Translations under genes and position numbers: made by a program | In this document: positions 50,017 through 60,265 of the stretch, piece by piece | How positions within the stretch are numbered: position 1 is the first letter of the stretch | How the letters are laid out: each line of letters opens with the position of its first letter | DNA from: an uncultured Gemmatimonadales bacterium | Lineage (GTDB): Bacteria; Gemmatimonadota; Gemmatimonadetes; Gemmatimonadales; GWC2-71-9 | Direction of reading: 5' to 3' | DNA length: 64,000 nt | NCBI GenBank assembly: GCA_963730185.1 | Contig: CAVSQW010000008.1 | Location: 128,001 to 192,000, forward strand | The notes under the pieces: generated by a model | Database searches by the model: none | What the model was told of the DNA's origin: nothing | The model's input: only the letters and a program-made list of their open reading frames with translations

Positions 50017-50388
50017 CTACTTGACCAGCAGGATGATGATCAGCAGGGCGATGATGAGGGCCGTCGCGCTGATCACGATCTTCTCGTCGCCGCCCGCGAG
50101 GACGGGGTCACCCACGCCGGTCTGTTGGGCCAGCTGGTCGAGCGAGGCCTCGTCGAGGGTGCCGACCCGGGCCGACAGCTCGGCCGGGTTGACCCCCATG
50201 CGGGCGGCCGCGGCCTGGGCCTGATCCGTCGCGAGGAACTGACGAACCGCGTCCCGATTTCCCACAGGACGCGCCGCGACGGCGGCGTCGAGGTCCGCAC
50301 CGGAAACCGCGCTCCTACTCTGGGCGAGCAGGGGAGCGGTGAGGCCGAGCGTGACGACGGCCAGGGACAGCGTGATCTGTTTCAGCAT
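50017..50388 (-). CDS. PA2779-like exported protein with GG motif and C-terminal TM anchor
   Basis: Signal peptide; MGVNPAELSARVGTL..L.QLA helical core; LAGG followed by a hydrophobic tail. Confidence 0.8.
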   Translation of the reverse strand: MLKQITLSLAVVTLGLTAPLLAQSRSAVSGADLDAAVAARPVGNRDAVRQFLATDQAQAAAARMGVNPAELSARVGTLDEASLDQLAQQTGVGDPVLAGGDEKIVISATALIIALLIIILLVK

Positions 50389-50650
50389 GCGGACTCCTCA
50401 AGAGTGCGGGGTGCGAACCCCAGCTACAGTCAGAGTGAGAACTGTACCGGGGATGGGGGGCGTCGCCAATCGATCATTCGGCCGGATTTCGGTGTAGCTC
50501 GAAAGGACCAGTCCCTGCTGGTCCGGGACCCGCCGGAGCGAGTCGGGAGTGGCTCGCATGATCGATGGCGCCGACCCGCGAGCGGCCCTAGGCTTCCCGG
50601 GGCGGCCACCACGTCGGGGCTCGCCATACCAAACCGGGGTCGGAGGTCGT

Positions 50651-51316
50651 ATGCAAAGGATCCAAAGCTGGGTTCGGGCTGGTCTCGTCGTCACCGTCAT
50701 CGGGGCCGTCGGGCTCGCCGGCTGTGCCACCAAGATGCAGACGGGCGCGGTCGTCGGCACCGCCGGGGGCGCCGTTGTCGGCGGTGTGATCGGCAAGGTG
50801 GCGGGGTCCACGGCGAAGGGCGCCATCATCGGGGCCGTGGTGGGCGGCGCCGCCGGCGCCATCATCGGGTCGCAGATGGACAAGCAGGCCCGGGAGCTCG
50901 AGCAGAACATCGAGGGCGCCACGGTGGAGCGCGTCGGCGAAGGTATCCAGGTGACCTTTGCCTCGGGCTTGCTCTACGATTTCGATTCGGATGCCATTCG
51001 TCCCGAGGCTGGCGTCAACCTGCGCGCGCTGGCCGCCAGTCTGGACCGGTATCCCAACACGGATCTGGTGATCATCGGTCACACCGACCAGCTCGGTTCG
51101 TCGGCCTACAACCAGAGCCTCTCGGAACGGCGGGCCACCTCGGCGGCCAGCTACCTCATGGCCCAGGGGGTCAACGGGGGCCGGATCATCACCCGCGGCC
51201 TCGGTGAATCCGAGCCCAAGGCCAGCAACGAGACCGAGGCCGGGCGGCAGGCGAACCGGCGGGTGGAGGTGGCGATCTATGCCAGCAGGGCCTATCGACA
51301 GAGCCTAACGAAGTGA
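50651..51316 (+). CDS. OmpA family lipoprotein with glycine zipper (YiaD-like)
   Basis: Lipobox LAGC; Gly zipper; GHTD, NQSLSERRA and NRRVEV. Confidence 0.93.
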   Translation: MQRIQSWVRAGLVVTVIGAVGLAGCATKMQTGAVVGTAGGAVVGGVIGKVAGSTAKGAIIGAVVGGAAGAIIGSQMDKQARELEQNIEGATVERVGEGIQVTFASGLLYDFDSDAIRPEAGVNLRALAASLDRYPNTDLVIIGHTDQLGSSAYNQSLSERRATSAASYLMAQGVNGGRIITRGLGESEPKASNETEAGRQANRRVEVAIYASRAYRQSLTK

Positions 51317-51355
51317 CCTGGCGGGGGACCAACCGGCGGGGCCGGGCCGCTCGAA

Positions 51356-51377
51356 GGTCGCTCGAACGAGCGATTGT
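51356..51377 (+). promoter_or_regulatory. Palindromic site TCGCTC-N4-GAGCGA
   Basis: 20/22 identical to 47592-47613, at a similar distance from the start codon. Confidence 0.5.
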
Positions 51378-51463
51378 GGAGCGCCGTCCGGCAGCCGAGC
51401 TTTGCCTCAGACGCCGACCAGTCTTCGAGGTAGTCCGGCGGTTCCTCTAGTGGGGGGTGCGAC

Positions 51464-51820
51464 ATGAAGATCTCCAATAGCGTGACGTGGCTGATCGCGT
51501 CCGCCGTGATGGCCGGGCCGCTCTCGGCGCAGGGCCGCCCGGGTGAGGCGATCTCCCGGACGACGGACCCCGTCCCGGTGGCGGCCCAGGGTGCCCTCGA
51601 TCGGCCGGCCACGCTCGGTCGAGACCGGCCGGCCCTCCAGTCGGAGCTCGATCGGACGCCCGACCAGCCCGGCTCGGCTGACCGGGAGGGTGAGTTCGAG
51701 CCAGATCCGGGGTGGAGCACGGTCCCCGAGCCCGCCACCATGGTGCTGCTGGCTACGGGCCTCGGCCTTCTCGCCGCCGTCCCGATCGGTCGGCGGCTCC
51801 GGGCCCGCCGGCAGGGCTGA
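51464..51820 (+). CDS. Small PEP-CTERM protein
   Basis: Signal peptide; VPEPATMVLLATGL-TM-RRLR tail. Confidence 0.85.
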   Translation: MKISNSVTWLIASAVMAGPLSAQGRPGEAISRTTDPVPVAAQGALDRPATLGRDRPALQSELDRTPDQPGSADREGEFEPDPGWSTVPEPATMVLLATGLGLLAAVPIGRRLRARRQG

Positions 51821-51920
51821 ACGGCGGCCAGCAGGATGACCGGATGCAGGCGGACGCCTGGTCCGGCGAACAGCAGATACGAGCGGGGTTGGCTGACCCG
51901 CCTACGAAGGAGACGGATCA

Positions 51921-52289
51921 ATGTCGGAGAATCGCGGAGTCGCGCAGAGCGAGCCATCCACTGAGGCCGACCAGGGTGGGGTGCCGGACGTCGATGGGCG
52001 CCCGGTGCGGGCGGCGACGATGGGACGCCGGCTGGTCGATGCGGTCGATCGGGGACGGGAAGGGGTGGCGAAGCAGATCGACGGTGCGGCCCTTCGGGCC
52101 GGGCAGGTTTCCGGGGTGGCGGATCGCACCGCCGACCGGCTGGGGTCCGCGGCCAAGTACGTCCGGGACCATGACACGCGCGACCTGATGGATCAGCTGG
52201 TGGGCCTGGTGCGGTCCCATCCCGGCAAATCCCTTCTGGCGGTCGCCGCGCTCGGTTTCGTGACCGGCCGGGTGTTGCGCCGAACCTGA
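51921..52289 (+). CDS. DUF883/ElaB-YqjD-like tail-anchored protein
   Basis: VRSHPGKSLLAVAALGFVTGRVLRR C-terminus. Confidence 0.72.
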   Translation: MSENRGVAQSEPSTEADQGGVPDVDGRPVRAATMGRRLVDAVDRGREGVAKQIDGAALRAGQVSGVADRTADRLGSAAKYVRDHDTRDLMDQLVGLVRSHPGKSLLAVAALGFVTGRVLRRT

Positions 52290-52303
52290 CCGCGGAGTCG
52301 GCG

Positions 52304-52768
52304 ATGCCCCCCGGCGAACGCCCGGTCGCGGAAGTCCTGACCGGCATCGCCGGGAACCTCCAGGCCATCGCGCGGGGGGAAGCTGCGCTGGCCATTGCCC
52401 AGGCCTTCGAGCGGGCCCGGCGGGCATCGCTCGCCCTCGGCTTGCTCGGCGTCGGGGTGGTCTTGGTGGTCGTGGCCTTCGGCGCGGCGCTGGTCGGGGT
52501 CGTGGCCCTGCTCTCCGAGACCATGGCGTTCTGGCAAGCGACGAGCCTGGTCGGCCTGGTCGCCCTCGGCTTCGGCGGAGCGGTCATCATCGGGGGCCTG
52601 GCCCGACTTCGTCGTTCCCGAGAGACGGCCTCCGCCCTCACCACCCTGGAACCGACGGCCGGCCATGGAAACGAACTCCCGCACCATCGAGCAGGCGCTC
52701 TTCGCGGAACGGGAAGCCCTGGGGCACAACGTCGCGGAGCTCGAGCAGCGGACCCAAGCCGCGGTTAG
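52304..52768 (+). CDS. Holin-like/DUF1469 (YqjE-like) membrane protein
   Basis: R.EAALA lead-in with two TM helices; typical position after the DUF883-like gene. Confidence 0.65.
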   Translation: MPPGERPVAEVLTGIAGNLQAIARGEAALAIAQAFERARRASLALGLLGVGVVLVVVAFGAALVGVVALLSETMAFWQATSLVGLVALGFGGAVIIGGLARLRRSRETASALTTLEPTAGHGNELPHHRAGALRGTGSPGAQRRGARAADPSRG

Positions 52769-53111
52769 CTGGCGGGCCCACTTCGACCGATCGCCCGGCC
52801 TGATGCTCGGTCTGGCGTTCGGCGGGGGCGTGTTGGTGGCCCTGCTGGCGCGTGGCAGGGTGCCGCCGCCCGGTCCCGAGGCCGACTCCGGGGCTCCCCG
52901 GCGGAATGGGAAGGCGGCGAGGGCCGCGAGTGGGCTGCTGGGCGCCCTCGTCGCCGCCGGAGCGAGGCGCGCCGTTCGGTATCTGGATGAGCGAGCGGGG
53001 ACCCGGCCGGTCCCGGTCGAGTCACCATCCCCGATCAAGGGCCCGCCTCGCTCGGAAATCGATCGGACGAGCGATACCGCGGGGGACTTCGCCCCGCGAG
53101 CTTTCGACTGA
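52665..53111 (+). CDS. DUF3618/YqjK-like membrane protein
   Basis: IEQ..ERE.LG.NV.EL..R, WR.HF..PGLMLGLAFGGG. Confidence 0.65.
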   Translation: METNSRTIEQALFAEREALGHNVAELEQRTQAAVSWRAHFDRSPGLMLGLAFGGGVLVALLARGRVPPPGPEADSGAPRRNGKAARAASGLLGALVAAGARRAVRYLDERAGTRPVPVESPSPIKGPPRSEIDRTSDTAGDFAPRAFD

Positions 53112-53169
53112 AGGTGGGTGAATGCCCGCCCGAAGGTTAGGTCGGTCTCTCGTCATCCGGGTGTTGCCA

Positions 53170-53562
53170 ATGAAGATCTCCTCGATCGCAATCTGGCTCA
53201 TGGCCTCCGCCGCGATCATGCTGCCTCCCGCGGCGCACGCCAGCCAGGCCGCCGGCGTGCGGACGCCGGACCGTGTCGCCGACCGTCCGGCCGACGCGGG
53301 CGCTTTGCCGTCGAGCGTGTTCCTCTCGGTGATCCGGGGCCAGCTGGACCGGCCGGTCACCCCGGGCTGGGAGCAATCATCCAACCAGGCGCCGCCCGAT
53401 GAGGCGACCGCCCGGAGCGGCTCGGATCGCGGGACCGGCGAGCTCGAGGCGGGGGCAGGGTGGACGACCGCGCCAGAGCCGGCGACCATGGTGCTCCTGG
53501 CCACGGGGTTGTTGCTGCTCGCGGCGGTCCCGGTCGCGCGACGGCTCCGGGTCAGGATCTGA
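53170..53562 (+). CDS. Small PEP-CTERM protein (paralog of 51464)
   Basis: MKISS signal; APEPATMVLLATGL-TM-RRLR tail. Confidence 0.85.
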   Translation: MKISSIAIWLMASAAIMLPPAAHASQAAGVRTPDRVADRPADAGALPSSVFLSVIRGQLDRPVTPGWEQSSNQAPPDEATARSGSDRGTGELEAGAGWTTAPEPATMVLLATGLLLLAAVPVARRLRVRI

Positions 53563-53884
53563 TCCGGCCTGGCGATGCGGCACCCCGGTGGGTTCGTCCT
53601 CCCCGGGTCGGATCGGCCGGCGACCGGACCCGGCTCATCGTCCGATCCTGGCCCCCGGCGACGAGCAGGGCGGCCAGTCGGCCCGTCAGGGCCGCCCCGG
53701 TGGACCCGGCGCTCCGCGGACGCCAATCGATCTGAGCGGGGATCCGGATGACCCCTGGGGGTCTCGAGGGCCGGCTGTCGGACGATGACGGCGAGACGGT
53801 ATCCGCCGTCGGGTCTAGACCAGGTGGCGCCCGTTGGAGCGATGGTGAATAGCCCGAAAATCATCTACGCTTGAGCAGAGGACG

Positions 53885-54316
53885 ATGTCCGGGCTGCTCA
53901 ACCATCCGAAGGATGTTCTCGTGCCGACGCTACGACCGCTCAACCGTCCGCATCCCGCCCGCCGCAACGTCGGCGCGCTTGGCCTGGCGACGAAGACCCT
54001 GGCTGCCTTGAGCCTGTTCCTGTTGGCCGCGTGTCCTGGGACCAAGCCGATCAAGGAGTTGCTCGACGACCCTTCCCGTTTCAATGGCGAGACGGTTCGG
54101 ATCGCGGGCGAGGTGACCCAGTCGGTCGGGGCGCTGGGAGTCGGGGTCTATCAGGTCAACGACGGGACCGGCACCCTCACGGTCGTGAGTCAGGCCGGGA
54201 AGGGCACCCCACGCACCGGGGCCCAGATCGGGGTAGAGGGCACCTTCCGATCCGCCTTCACCCTCGGGTCGACGACCGTCGCCGTCCTGATGGAACAGAA
54301 GCGGAAGAGTCCATGA
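53885..54316 (+). CDS. OB-fold lipoprotein
   Basis: LAAC lipobox; IKELLDDP.RF.G..V...G.V and DGTG motifs. Start uncertain. Confidence 0.72.
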   Translation: MSGLLNHPKDVLVPTLRPLNRPHPARRNVGALGLATKTLAALSLFLLAACPGTKPIKELLDDPSRFNGETVRIAGEVTQSVGALGVGVYQVNDGTGTLTVVSQAGKGTPRTGAQIGVEGTFRSAFTLGSTTVAVLMEQKRKSP

Positions 54317-54705
54317 ACAGGCGTCGACTGTTACTCGCGGGGCTCGCGACGACCGCCCTCCTCGCCTGCGGCAAAGGCGGGTCACAATCGGCCGCCGACA
54401 GCACTAGGAGTCTCGGGCTGGCCCAGCCCGACAGTACGTACCCTCTCAACGACCGGCCCGCCCCCGCGACGCCAGCCCGATCCCCCGCGACGCCAGCTCC
54501 ATCCCCCGCGACGCCAGCCCGTCCCACCTCGTCCCAGCCGAACTCGGGCTCAGGCTCGATGCTGGCCACGGGTGTCGGGGCCGTGGCCGGTAGTGCCGCC
54601 GGGGCCGTGGTCGCGGCGGTGACCGCGAATCGCGATGTGGTGATCGCGGTCGGCACGCCGATGGTCGTCACCCTGAACGGGCCGCTGACGGTCCAGGCCC
54701 GATAG
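54313..54705 (+). CDS. Pro-rich lipoprotein with glycine-zipper tail, possibly internally deleted
   Basis: LLAC lipobox; PATP repeats; GAVAGSAAGAVVA. Confidence 0.6.
   Translation: MNRRRLLLAGLATTALLACGKGGSQSAADSTRSLGLAQPDSTYPLNDRPAPATPARSPATPAPSPATPARPTSSQPNSGSGSMLATGVGAVAGSAAGAVVAAVTANRDVVIAVGTPMVVTLNGPLTVQAR
54461..54523 (+). repeat. Coding tandem repeat, 3 x 21 bp
   Basis: CCCCCGCGACGCCAGC core x3, encoding PATPARS/PATPAPS/PATPARP. Confidence 0.85.
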
Positions 54706-54716
54706 GAAGGCACTCC

Positions 54717-54977
54717 ATGGATATCATCACCCTGATCATCGTCGGCCTGGTGGCCGGGCTTCTGGCCAGTCTCGCCGTCGGTGGCGTCGGCTACGGCATC
54801 CTGGGCGACATCGTGATCGGCATCTGCGGCGCCTTTCTGGGCAGCTGGCTGTTCGCCACGTTGGGGGTGCGGGTTCCCTTCGGCGGGATCGGCGGCACGA
54901 TCTTCGTGGCCTTCATCGGCGCCGTCGTGCTGCTCCTGATCCTCGGGCTGTTCCGAAGAGGGCGACGCTCCCAATGA
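54717..54977 (+). CDS. GlsB/YeaQ/YmgE stress membrane protein
   Basis: GLVAGLLA..G.GILGDIVIGICGAFLG..AFIGAVVLL. Confidence 0.92.
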   Translation: MDIITLIIVGLVAGLLASLAVGGVGYGILGDIVIGICGAFLGSWLFATLGVRVPFGGIGGTIFVAFIGAVVLLLILGLFRRGRRSQ

Positions 54978-55252
54978 TGCCCCCCGAGCCTCGGCGGTCC
55001 CGAGGCGATGCCGGCAGGGCTGTCACGGCCCTAGGAGCGCGCCCGATGTCTGACTCGAACGGCCACCGCCGGTGGCCCGTGATCCTGCAACCACTGAGCG
55101 TGCCCACGGTGCTCAAGGGCACTATGTTCGGTAGGGTCGAGACCGGAGACTTGACCGATGCTGAGCTCAGAGGGTTGGCCCGGGCCTGGGAGGCCGACCT
55201 GCTCGTCTATGCCGCCCAGTGCCGCGCCTTCCGCGCGGCGAGTTCCCGATGA
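54974..55252 (+). CDS. Hypothetical protein
   Basis: ATGA-coupled ORF filling the gap; no recognisable motif. Confidence 0.3.
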   Translation: MMPPEPRRSRGDAGRAVTALGARPMSDSNGHRRWPVILQPLSVPTVLKGTMFGRVETGDLTDAELRGLARAWEADLLVYAAQCRAFRAASSR

Positions 55253-55344
55253 GCGCGCCCCCGTTCGAGCGCGCCGCGTTCAGTCAGGCGGGCCCGCGGA
55301 GGCAACCCTTAGGGGCGCGGCCGCGCCGTGACCCGGAGGGCAAT

Positions 55345-56088
55345 ATGAGGCTCCCCAGGTATGAGCCCGGCAGTGGGGATGACCCCAGTATCCAGGCTGT
55401 GGTCGCCCGGGCGGTCGAGCTGGTTCCCGACGGCGCCAGGATCGGGCTCGGATCGGGGCGGGCCGCCTCCGAGTTCATCGTCAGGTTGGGCGCCCGCCGG
55501 GCCGAGGGACTGCGGGTTTCAGGGGTGCCGACGTCGGAGGCCGCGGCGGAGCTGGCCCGGCGAGTCGGCATTCCTCTGATCCCGCTGGGCGCGGGGTCGC
55601 CGCTGGATCTGACGGTGGATGGCGCGGACGAGGTGGCGCCTAACCTGGACCTCGTGAAGGGCCGCGGCGGCGCGATGGTTCGGGAGCGGATCGTGGCCGC
55701 CGGGTCCGCTCGCCAGGTGATCATCGTCGGGGAGGACAAGTTGGTCCGGACCCTCGGCGAGCGGGTCCCGGTGCCGGTGGCGGTGATCCCCCTGGCCGAA
55801 GCCGTGGCCCTCCTCGAGCTGGTTGCGCTCGGCGTCACGCCCACTACCCGAAGGGGCGCCGGTGGCCGGCGGCCGTTCCTGACTGACGGTGGCAACCTCA
55901 TCATCGACTGCGCCCTCGCGGAGCCGCTCCGGGACGCCGCGGCCGCCCGGGACCTCGAGCGCGCGATGCGGAGGATCGTCGGCGTGGTGGACACCGGACT
56001 CTTTCTCGGCACGGCCGATGAGGTCCTGGTAGGACATCCCGACGGGCGGGTGGACACGCTGGCGCGGGGGGAGTCCGGGCAGCGGTGA
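55345..56088 (+). CDS. rpiA: Ribose-5-phosphate isomerase A
   Basis: GLGSG, DGADEV, KGRGGA..RE and TDGGNLIID. Confidence 0.92.
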   Translation: MRLPRYEPGSGDDPSIQAVVARAVELVPDGARIGLGSGRAASEFIVRLGARRAEGLRVSGVPTSEAAAELARRVGIPLIPLGAGSPLDLTVDGADEVAPNLDLVKGRGGAMVRERIVAAGSARQVIIVGEDKLVRTLGERVPVPVAVIPLAEAVALLELVALGVTPTTRRGAGGRRPFLTDGGNLIIDCALAEPLRDAAAARDLERAMRRIVGVVDTGLFLGTADEVLVGHPDGRVDTLARGESGQR

Positions 56089-57746
56089 CGATCAGTCCGC
56101 TCGCGGGCCATCCGCCGCCGCCGGCGCTGCTGCTCGATGTCTCGAAGCTGATTACCGCCTACTACACCGAGCAGCCCGACGTCGCCGTCGCGGCGCAACG
56201 GGTGTTCTTCGGCACGTCCGGCCACCGGGGCTCGGCGTTCGAGCGATCCTTCAATGAAGGACACGTGGTCGCCATCACCGAGGCGATCTGCCGCTACCGC
56301 CGGGGGCAGGGCATCGACGGGCCCCTGTTCCTCGGCCTCGATACCCACGCCCTCTCCGTGCCGGCGGGCGCCACCGCCCTCGAGGTGCTGGCGGCGAACG
56401 GGGTCGACGTCATGGTCGCCGACGGCAGCGATTACACCCCGACCCCCGTCGTGTCGCACGCCATCCTCGGCCACAACCAGGGGCGCGCGAGCGGGCTCGC
56501 CGACGGCATCGTGATCACGCCCTCTCACAACCCGCCCGGCCACGGTGGCTTCAAGTACAACCCTCCCCACGGCGGGCCGGCCGATACCGCCGTCACCCGT
56601 TGGATCGAGGCCCAGGCCAACGCGCTCTTGGAGGGCGACCTCCGGGGCGTGAAGCGGGTACCGTACGACCAGGCCCTCCGCGCCGCCACGACCCATCGGC
56701 ACGACTACCTCACCGCCTACGTGAGCGATCTCGGCAACGTGATCGACATGGAGGCGATTCGCAGCGCTGGGATTCGCCTGGGCGTGGACCCTCTCGGTGG
56801 GGCGGGGGTGGACTACTGGGCCCCCATTGCCGAGCGGTACGGGCTCAACCTGACGGTGGTGAGCGAGGTCGTGGACCAGACCTTCCGGTTCATGACGGTG
56901 GATTGGGACGGGCAGATCCGGATGGATCCTTCGTCGGCGTACGCGATGCAGCGCTTGATCGGGCTCAAGGATCGCTATGACGTCGCGTTCGGGTGTGACA
57001 CCGACCACGACCGGCACGGCATCGTCACCCCGAGCGCCGGCTTGTTGCCCTCCAATCACTATCTCGCGGTTGCGATCCAGCATCTCTTCCAGGATCGGGC
57101 CGGTTGGCGCCGCGAGGCTGCCGTGGGCAAGACGGTGGTGAGCACCGCCTTGATCGATCGGGTGAGCGCGCGGCTGGGGCGCCGCCTCTACGAGGTCCCG
57201 GTTGGCTTCAAGTGGTTCGTCGCCGGCCTGGGCGACGGCTCCCTGGGCTTCGGCGGCGAAGAGAGCGCGGGGGCGTCGTTCCTGCGTCGCGACGGGACGG
57301 TGTGGACCACGGACAAGGACGGAATCGTCGCCGCGCTGCTGGCGGCCGAGGTCACGGTGCGTGCCGGCCGGGACCCCGGAGAGCTCTACGGCGAGCTGAC
57401 CCGCGAGCTGGGCGAGCCGGTCGCCGATCGGGTCGAGGCGCCGGCCACGCCGGAACAAAAACGCAGACTCGCGGCGCTCTCGGCCCACGAGGTGCGGTGC
57501 GCCCAGCTGGCCGGCGACCAGGTCGAAAGCATCATCACGGAGGCTCCGGGCAACCGGGCGCCGATCGGTGGGGTGAAGGTCACCACCGCCAACGGCTGGT
57601 TCGCCGCGCGGCCCTCGGGCACCGAGAGCATCTACAAGATCTACGCCGAGAGCTTCCAGGGCCGAGACCACCTGGTTCGGATCGTGGCCGAGGCGCAGGC
57701 GATCGTCGACGCCGCCTTGGGAGCGACCGCCGAGGGGGAGAGATGA
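56085..57746 (+). CDS. pgm: Phosphoglucomutase
   Basis: [20 protein letters not shown] and GEESAG. Confidence 0.95.
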   Translation: MTISPLAGHPPPPALLLDVSKLITAYYTEQPDVAVAAQRVFFGTSGHRGSAFERSFNEGHVVAITEAICRYRRGQGIDGPLFLGLDTHALSVPAGATALEVLAANGVDVMVADGSDYTPTPVVSHAILGHNQGRASGLADGIVITPSHNPPGHGGFKYNPPHGGPADTAVTRWIEAQANALLEGDLRGVKRVPYDQALRAATTHRHDYLTAYVSDLGNVIDMEAIRSAGIRLGVDPLGGAGVDYWAPIAERYGLNLTVVSEVVDQTFRFMTVDWDGQIRMDPSSAYAMQRLIGLKDRYDVAFGCDTDHDRHGIVTPSAGLLPSNHYLAVAIQHLFQDRAGWRREAAVGKTVVSTALIDRVSARLGRRLYEVPVGFKWFVAGLGDGSLGFGGEESAGASFLRRDGTVWTTDKDGIVAALLAAEVTVRAGRDPGELYGELTRELGEPVADRVEAPATPEQKRRLAALSAHEVRCAQLAGDQVESIITEAPGNRAPIGGVKVTTANGWFAARPSGTESIYKIYAESFQGRDHLVRIVAEAQAIVDAALGATAEGER

Positions 57747-59182
57747 GCCCATCGTCGCGGACGGGCGCACGCGGGGTCGAGGTCGCCGGTCGCCGGGCGT
57801 CGGATGCGCTGGTCTTGTTTGGGGTGACGGGTGACCTGGCCCACAAGATGATCTTTCCCGCCCTCTACGCGATGGTTGCCCGGGGCGTCCTCCAGGTTCC
57901 GGTGGTCGGTGTCGCCTCCACGCCGTGGACCGTGGCCCAGCTCCGCCGGCGGGCGACCGACAGCATTCGGGAATCGAGCTCGAAAGTGGACCCCCGCGCT
58001 CTCCGCCGTCTGTTGGGGCTGCTCCGATACGTGCGAGGGGACTACCAGGATGCCGAAACCTACGCGACGCTGAAGACTGTCTTGGGGTCGGCCCGGCGTC
58101 CCGCTCACTATCTCGCCATACCCCCGGCGCTGTTCGCCACGGTCATCCAGGGGCTGGGCGCTGCCGGTCTGGCGGACCAGGCGCGGGTCATCGTCGAAAA
58201 GCCGTTTGGCCGCGATCTCGCCTCGGCGCGACGACTCAATGCCGTCGCTCGGACGGTCTTTCCCGAGGATGCGATCTTCCGGATCGATCACTATCTGGGC
58301 AAGGAGGCGATCCTGAACATTCTGTACTTCCGGTTCGCCAACTCGTTCCTGGAGCCGATCTGGAACCGCAACTACATCGCCAGCGTCCAAGTGACCCTGG
58401 CCGAGCGGTTCGGAGTGAACGGCCGGGGCGCCTTCTACGAGACGGCCGGCTGCCTCCGCGACGTGATCCAGAACCATATCTTCCAGGTGGTCGCCCTCTT
58501 GGCCATGGAGCCGCCGACCTACCGCGGCTTCGGATCGGTGCATCGCGAGAAGGCCAAAGTCTTCGAAGCGATGCGACCGCTGACGGCGGCGGACGTGGTG
58601 CGCGGGCAATACGCGGGGTACCGGAAGGAGCCGCACGTGGCCCCCCGGTCCGATGTCGAGACCTATTGCGCCGTGCGACTCTTCATCGATTCCTGGCGCT
58701 GGGACGGGGTTCCCTGGTATCTGCGATCCGGCAAGTGCCTCCCGGTGACGGCCGCCGAGGTGCTGGTCGAGCTCAAGGCGCCGCCGGCGCGGCTGTTCGC
58801 CGACTCGGTCCCGCACGCGGGCCCGGCCAACTACTTCCGCTTCCGGCTCTCCCCCACGGCGGTGATCGCGCTGGCCGCCCGGGTCAAGCACCCCGGCAAG
58901 GAGTTCGTCGGCGACCAGCGCGAGCTTTCCCTGGTCGAAGAGCTGGCGGGCTCCGAATCGCCCTACGAGCGCCTCCTGGGCGACGCGTTGCTCGGCGACG
59001 GGGCGCTCTTCACCCGAGAAGACGCGGTGGAAGCGGCCTGGGCGGTGGTCGATCCCGTGCTCGGGGCGCATGCCCGGGCGCGTCCCTATCGGCGGGGGAC
59101 GTGGGGACCCCGACCAGCGGACGGGCTGATCGCGGCGCCCGGGCGCTGGTACGATCCCACAGCCGACGGAGCGATCGCGTGA
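57743..59182 (+). CDS. zwf: Glucose-6-phosphate 1-dehydrogenase
   Basis: GVTGDLA, EKPFG and RIDHYLGKE. Confidence 0.95.
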   Translation: MSPSSRTGARGVEVAGRRASDALVLFGVTGDLAHKMIFPALYAMVARGVLQVPVVGVASTPWTVAQLRRRATDSIRESSSKVDPRALRRLLGLLRYVRGDYQDAETYATLKTVLGSARRPAHYLAIPPALFATVIQGLGAAGLADQARVIVEKPFGRDLASARRLNAVARTVFPEDAIFRIDHYLGKEAILNILYFRFANSFLEPIWNRNYIASVQVTLAERFGVNGRGAFYETAGCLRDVIQNHIFQVVALLAMEPPTYRGFGSVHREKAKVFEAMRPLTAADVVRGQYAGYRKEPHVAPRSDVETYCAVRLFIDSWRWDGVPWYLRSGKCLPVTAAEVLVELKAPPARLFADSVPHAGPANYFRFRLSPTAVIALAARVKHPGKEFVGDQRELSLVEELAGSESPYERLLGDALLGDGALFTREDAVEAAWAVVDPVLGAHARARPYRRGTWGPRPADGLIAAPGRWYDPTADGAIA

Positions 59183-59871
59183 GCCGGGCGACCGACGTCG
59201 TGTTTCTCCTCGACTGCGACAATACCCTGCTCGACAACGATCGCGTCCAGGACGATCTGCGGGCCCACCTGGTCCGGGAGTTCGGGTCCGCGAGCGCCGA
59301 CCAGTACTGGATGATCTTCGAAGCGCTGCGACGCGAGCTCGGCTACGCGGACTACCTGGGCGCGCTGCAGCGCTATCGACTTGAGGTCGTGAACGACACC
59401 CGGTTGCTCCAGATGTCGTCCTTCCTGGTCGACTACCCCTTTGCCAGCCGATTGTATCCCGGCGTGCTCGACGTCATCCAGCGGCTTGGGACCCAGGGCC
59501 TCACGGCCATCTTGTCGGACGGCGACGTCGTGTTTCAGCCTCGCAAGATCCAGCGCTCCGGGCTCTGGGCGGCGGTCGATGGTCGGGTCCTGATCTATAT
59601 TCACAAGGAGCGGATGCTCGACGCCGTGGCCGAGCGCTATCCGGCTCGTCACTACGTGATGATCGACGACAAGCTGCGGTTGCTCGCGATGATCAAGCAG
59701 CACTGGGGGAACCGCGTGACGACGGTGTTCCCGCGACAGGGGCACTACGCTCACGATCCCGCCAACCTCCGCGCCTATCCGGCGGCCGATGTCACGATCG
59801 AGCGGATCGGCGACCTGATGACTCGCGACCTTCCCGGCCGGGGTGGCCGGCTCGCCGCCGGCGGCCCCTGA
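59179..59871 (+). CDS. HAD family hydrolase
   Basis: DCDNTL motif I, LSDGD and MIDDK. Confidence 0.87.
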   Translation: MSRATDVVFLLDCDNTLLDNDRVQDDLRAHLVREFGSASADQYWMIFEALRRELGYADYLGALQRYRLEVVNDTRLLQMSSFLVDYPFASRLYPGVLDVIQRLGTQGLTAILSDGDVVFQPRKIQRSGLWAAVDGRVLIYIHKERMLDAVAERYPARHYVMIDDKLRLLAMIKQHWGNRVTTVFPRQGHYAHDPANLRAYPAADVTIERIGDLMTRDLPGRGGRLAAGGP

Positions 59872-59898
59872 CCGACCCGTTCACCCGAGGAGAACACC

Positions 59899-60228
59899 AT
59901 GCTGGTTCAGATCAATACCGACCACACCGTCAAAGGTCGCGAGGCCATGGCCGAAGGGGTCCGGGGCGTCGTGGAGAACGCCCTGAGCCGCTACCATGAT
60001 CGCATCACCCGAGTCGAGGTCCACCTCAGCGACCAGAACGGCGCCAAGAACGGCCAGGACGACCAGCGCTGCTTGATGGAGGCCCGCCTCGAGGGCCGTC
60101 AGCCCATTGCGGTGACGCACGACGCCCCGACCGTGAACCTGGCGGTGGCTGGCGCGGCCGAGAATCTGGCCCGTCGGATCGAGTCGATCCTGGGACGGGC
60201 CGACCAGTCTCGATCCTCGCGAGGCTGA
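59899..60228 (+). CDS. HPF/RaiA family ribosome-associated protein
   Basis: QINTD, ITRVEVHLSD and CLMEAR. Confidence 0.88.
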   Translation: MLVQINTDHTVKGREAMAEGVRGVVENALSRYHDRITRVEVHLSDQNGAKNGQDDQRCLMEARLEGRQPIAVTHDAPTVNLAVAGAAENLARRIESILGRADQSRSSRG

Positions 60229-60265
60229 CGGCGGCCCCGGCTCCTCGTCGGGCTGGGCGACCACG

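Noticed and set aside
52304..52768. Prophage lysis gene
   Set aside because: The holin-like family sits in the common DUF883-DUF1469-DUF3618 stress trio, with no endolysin or phage genes nearby.
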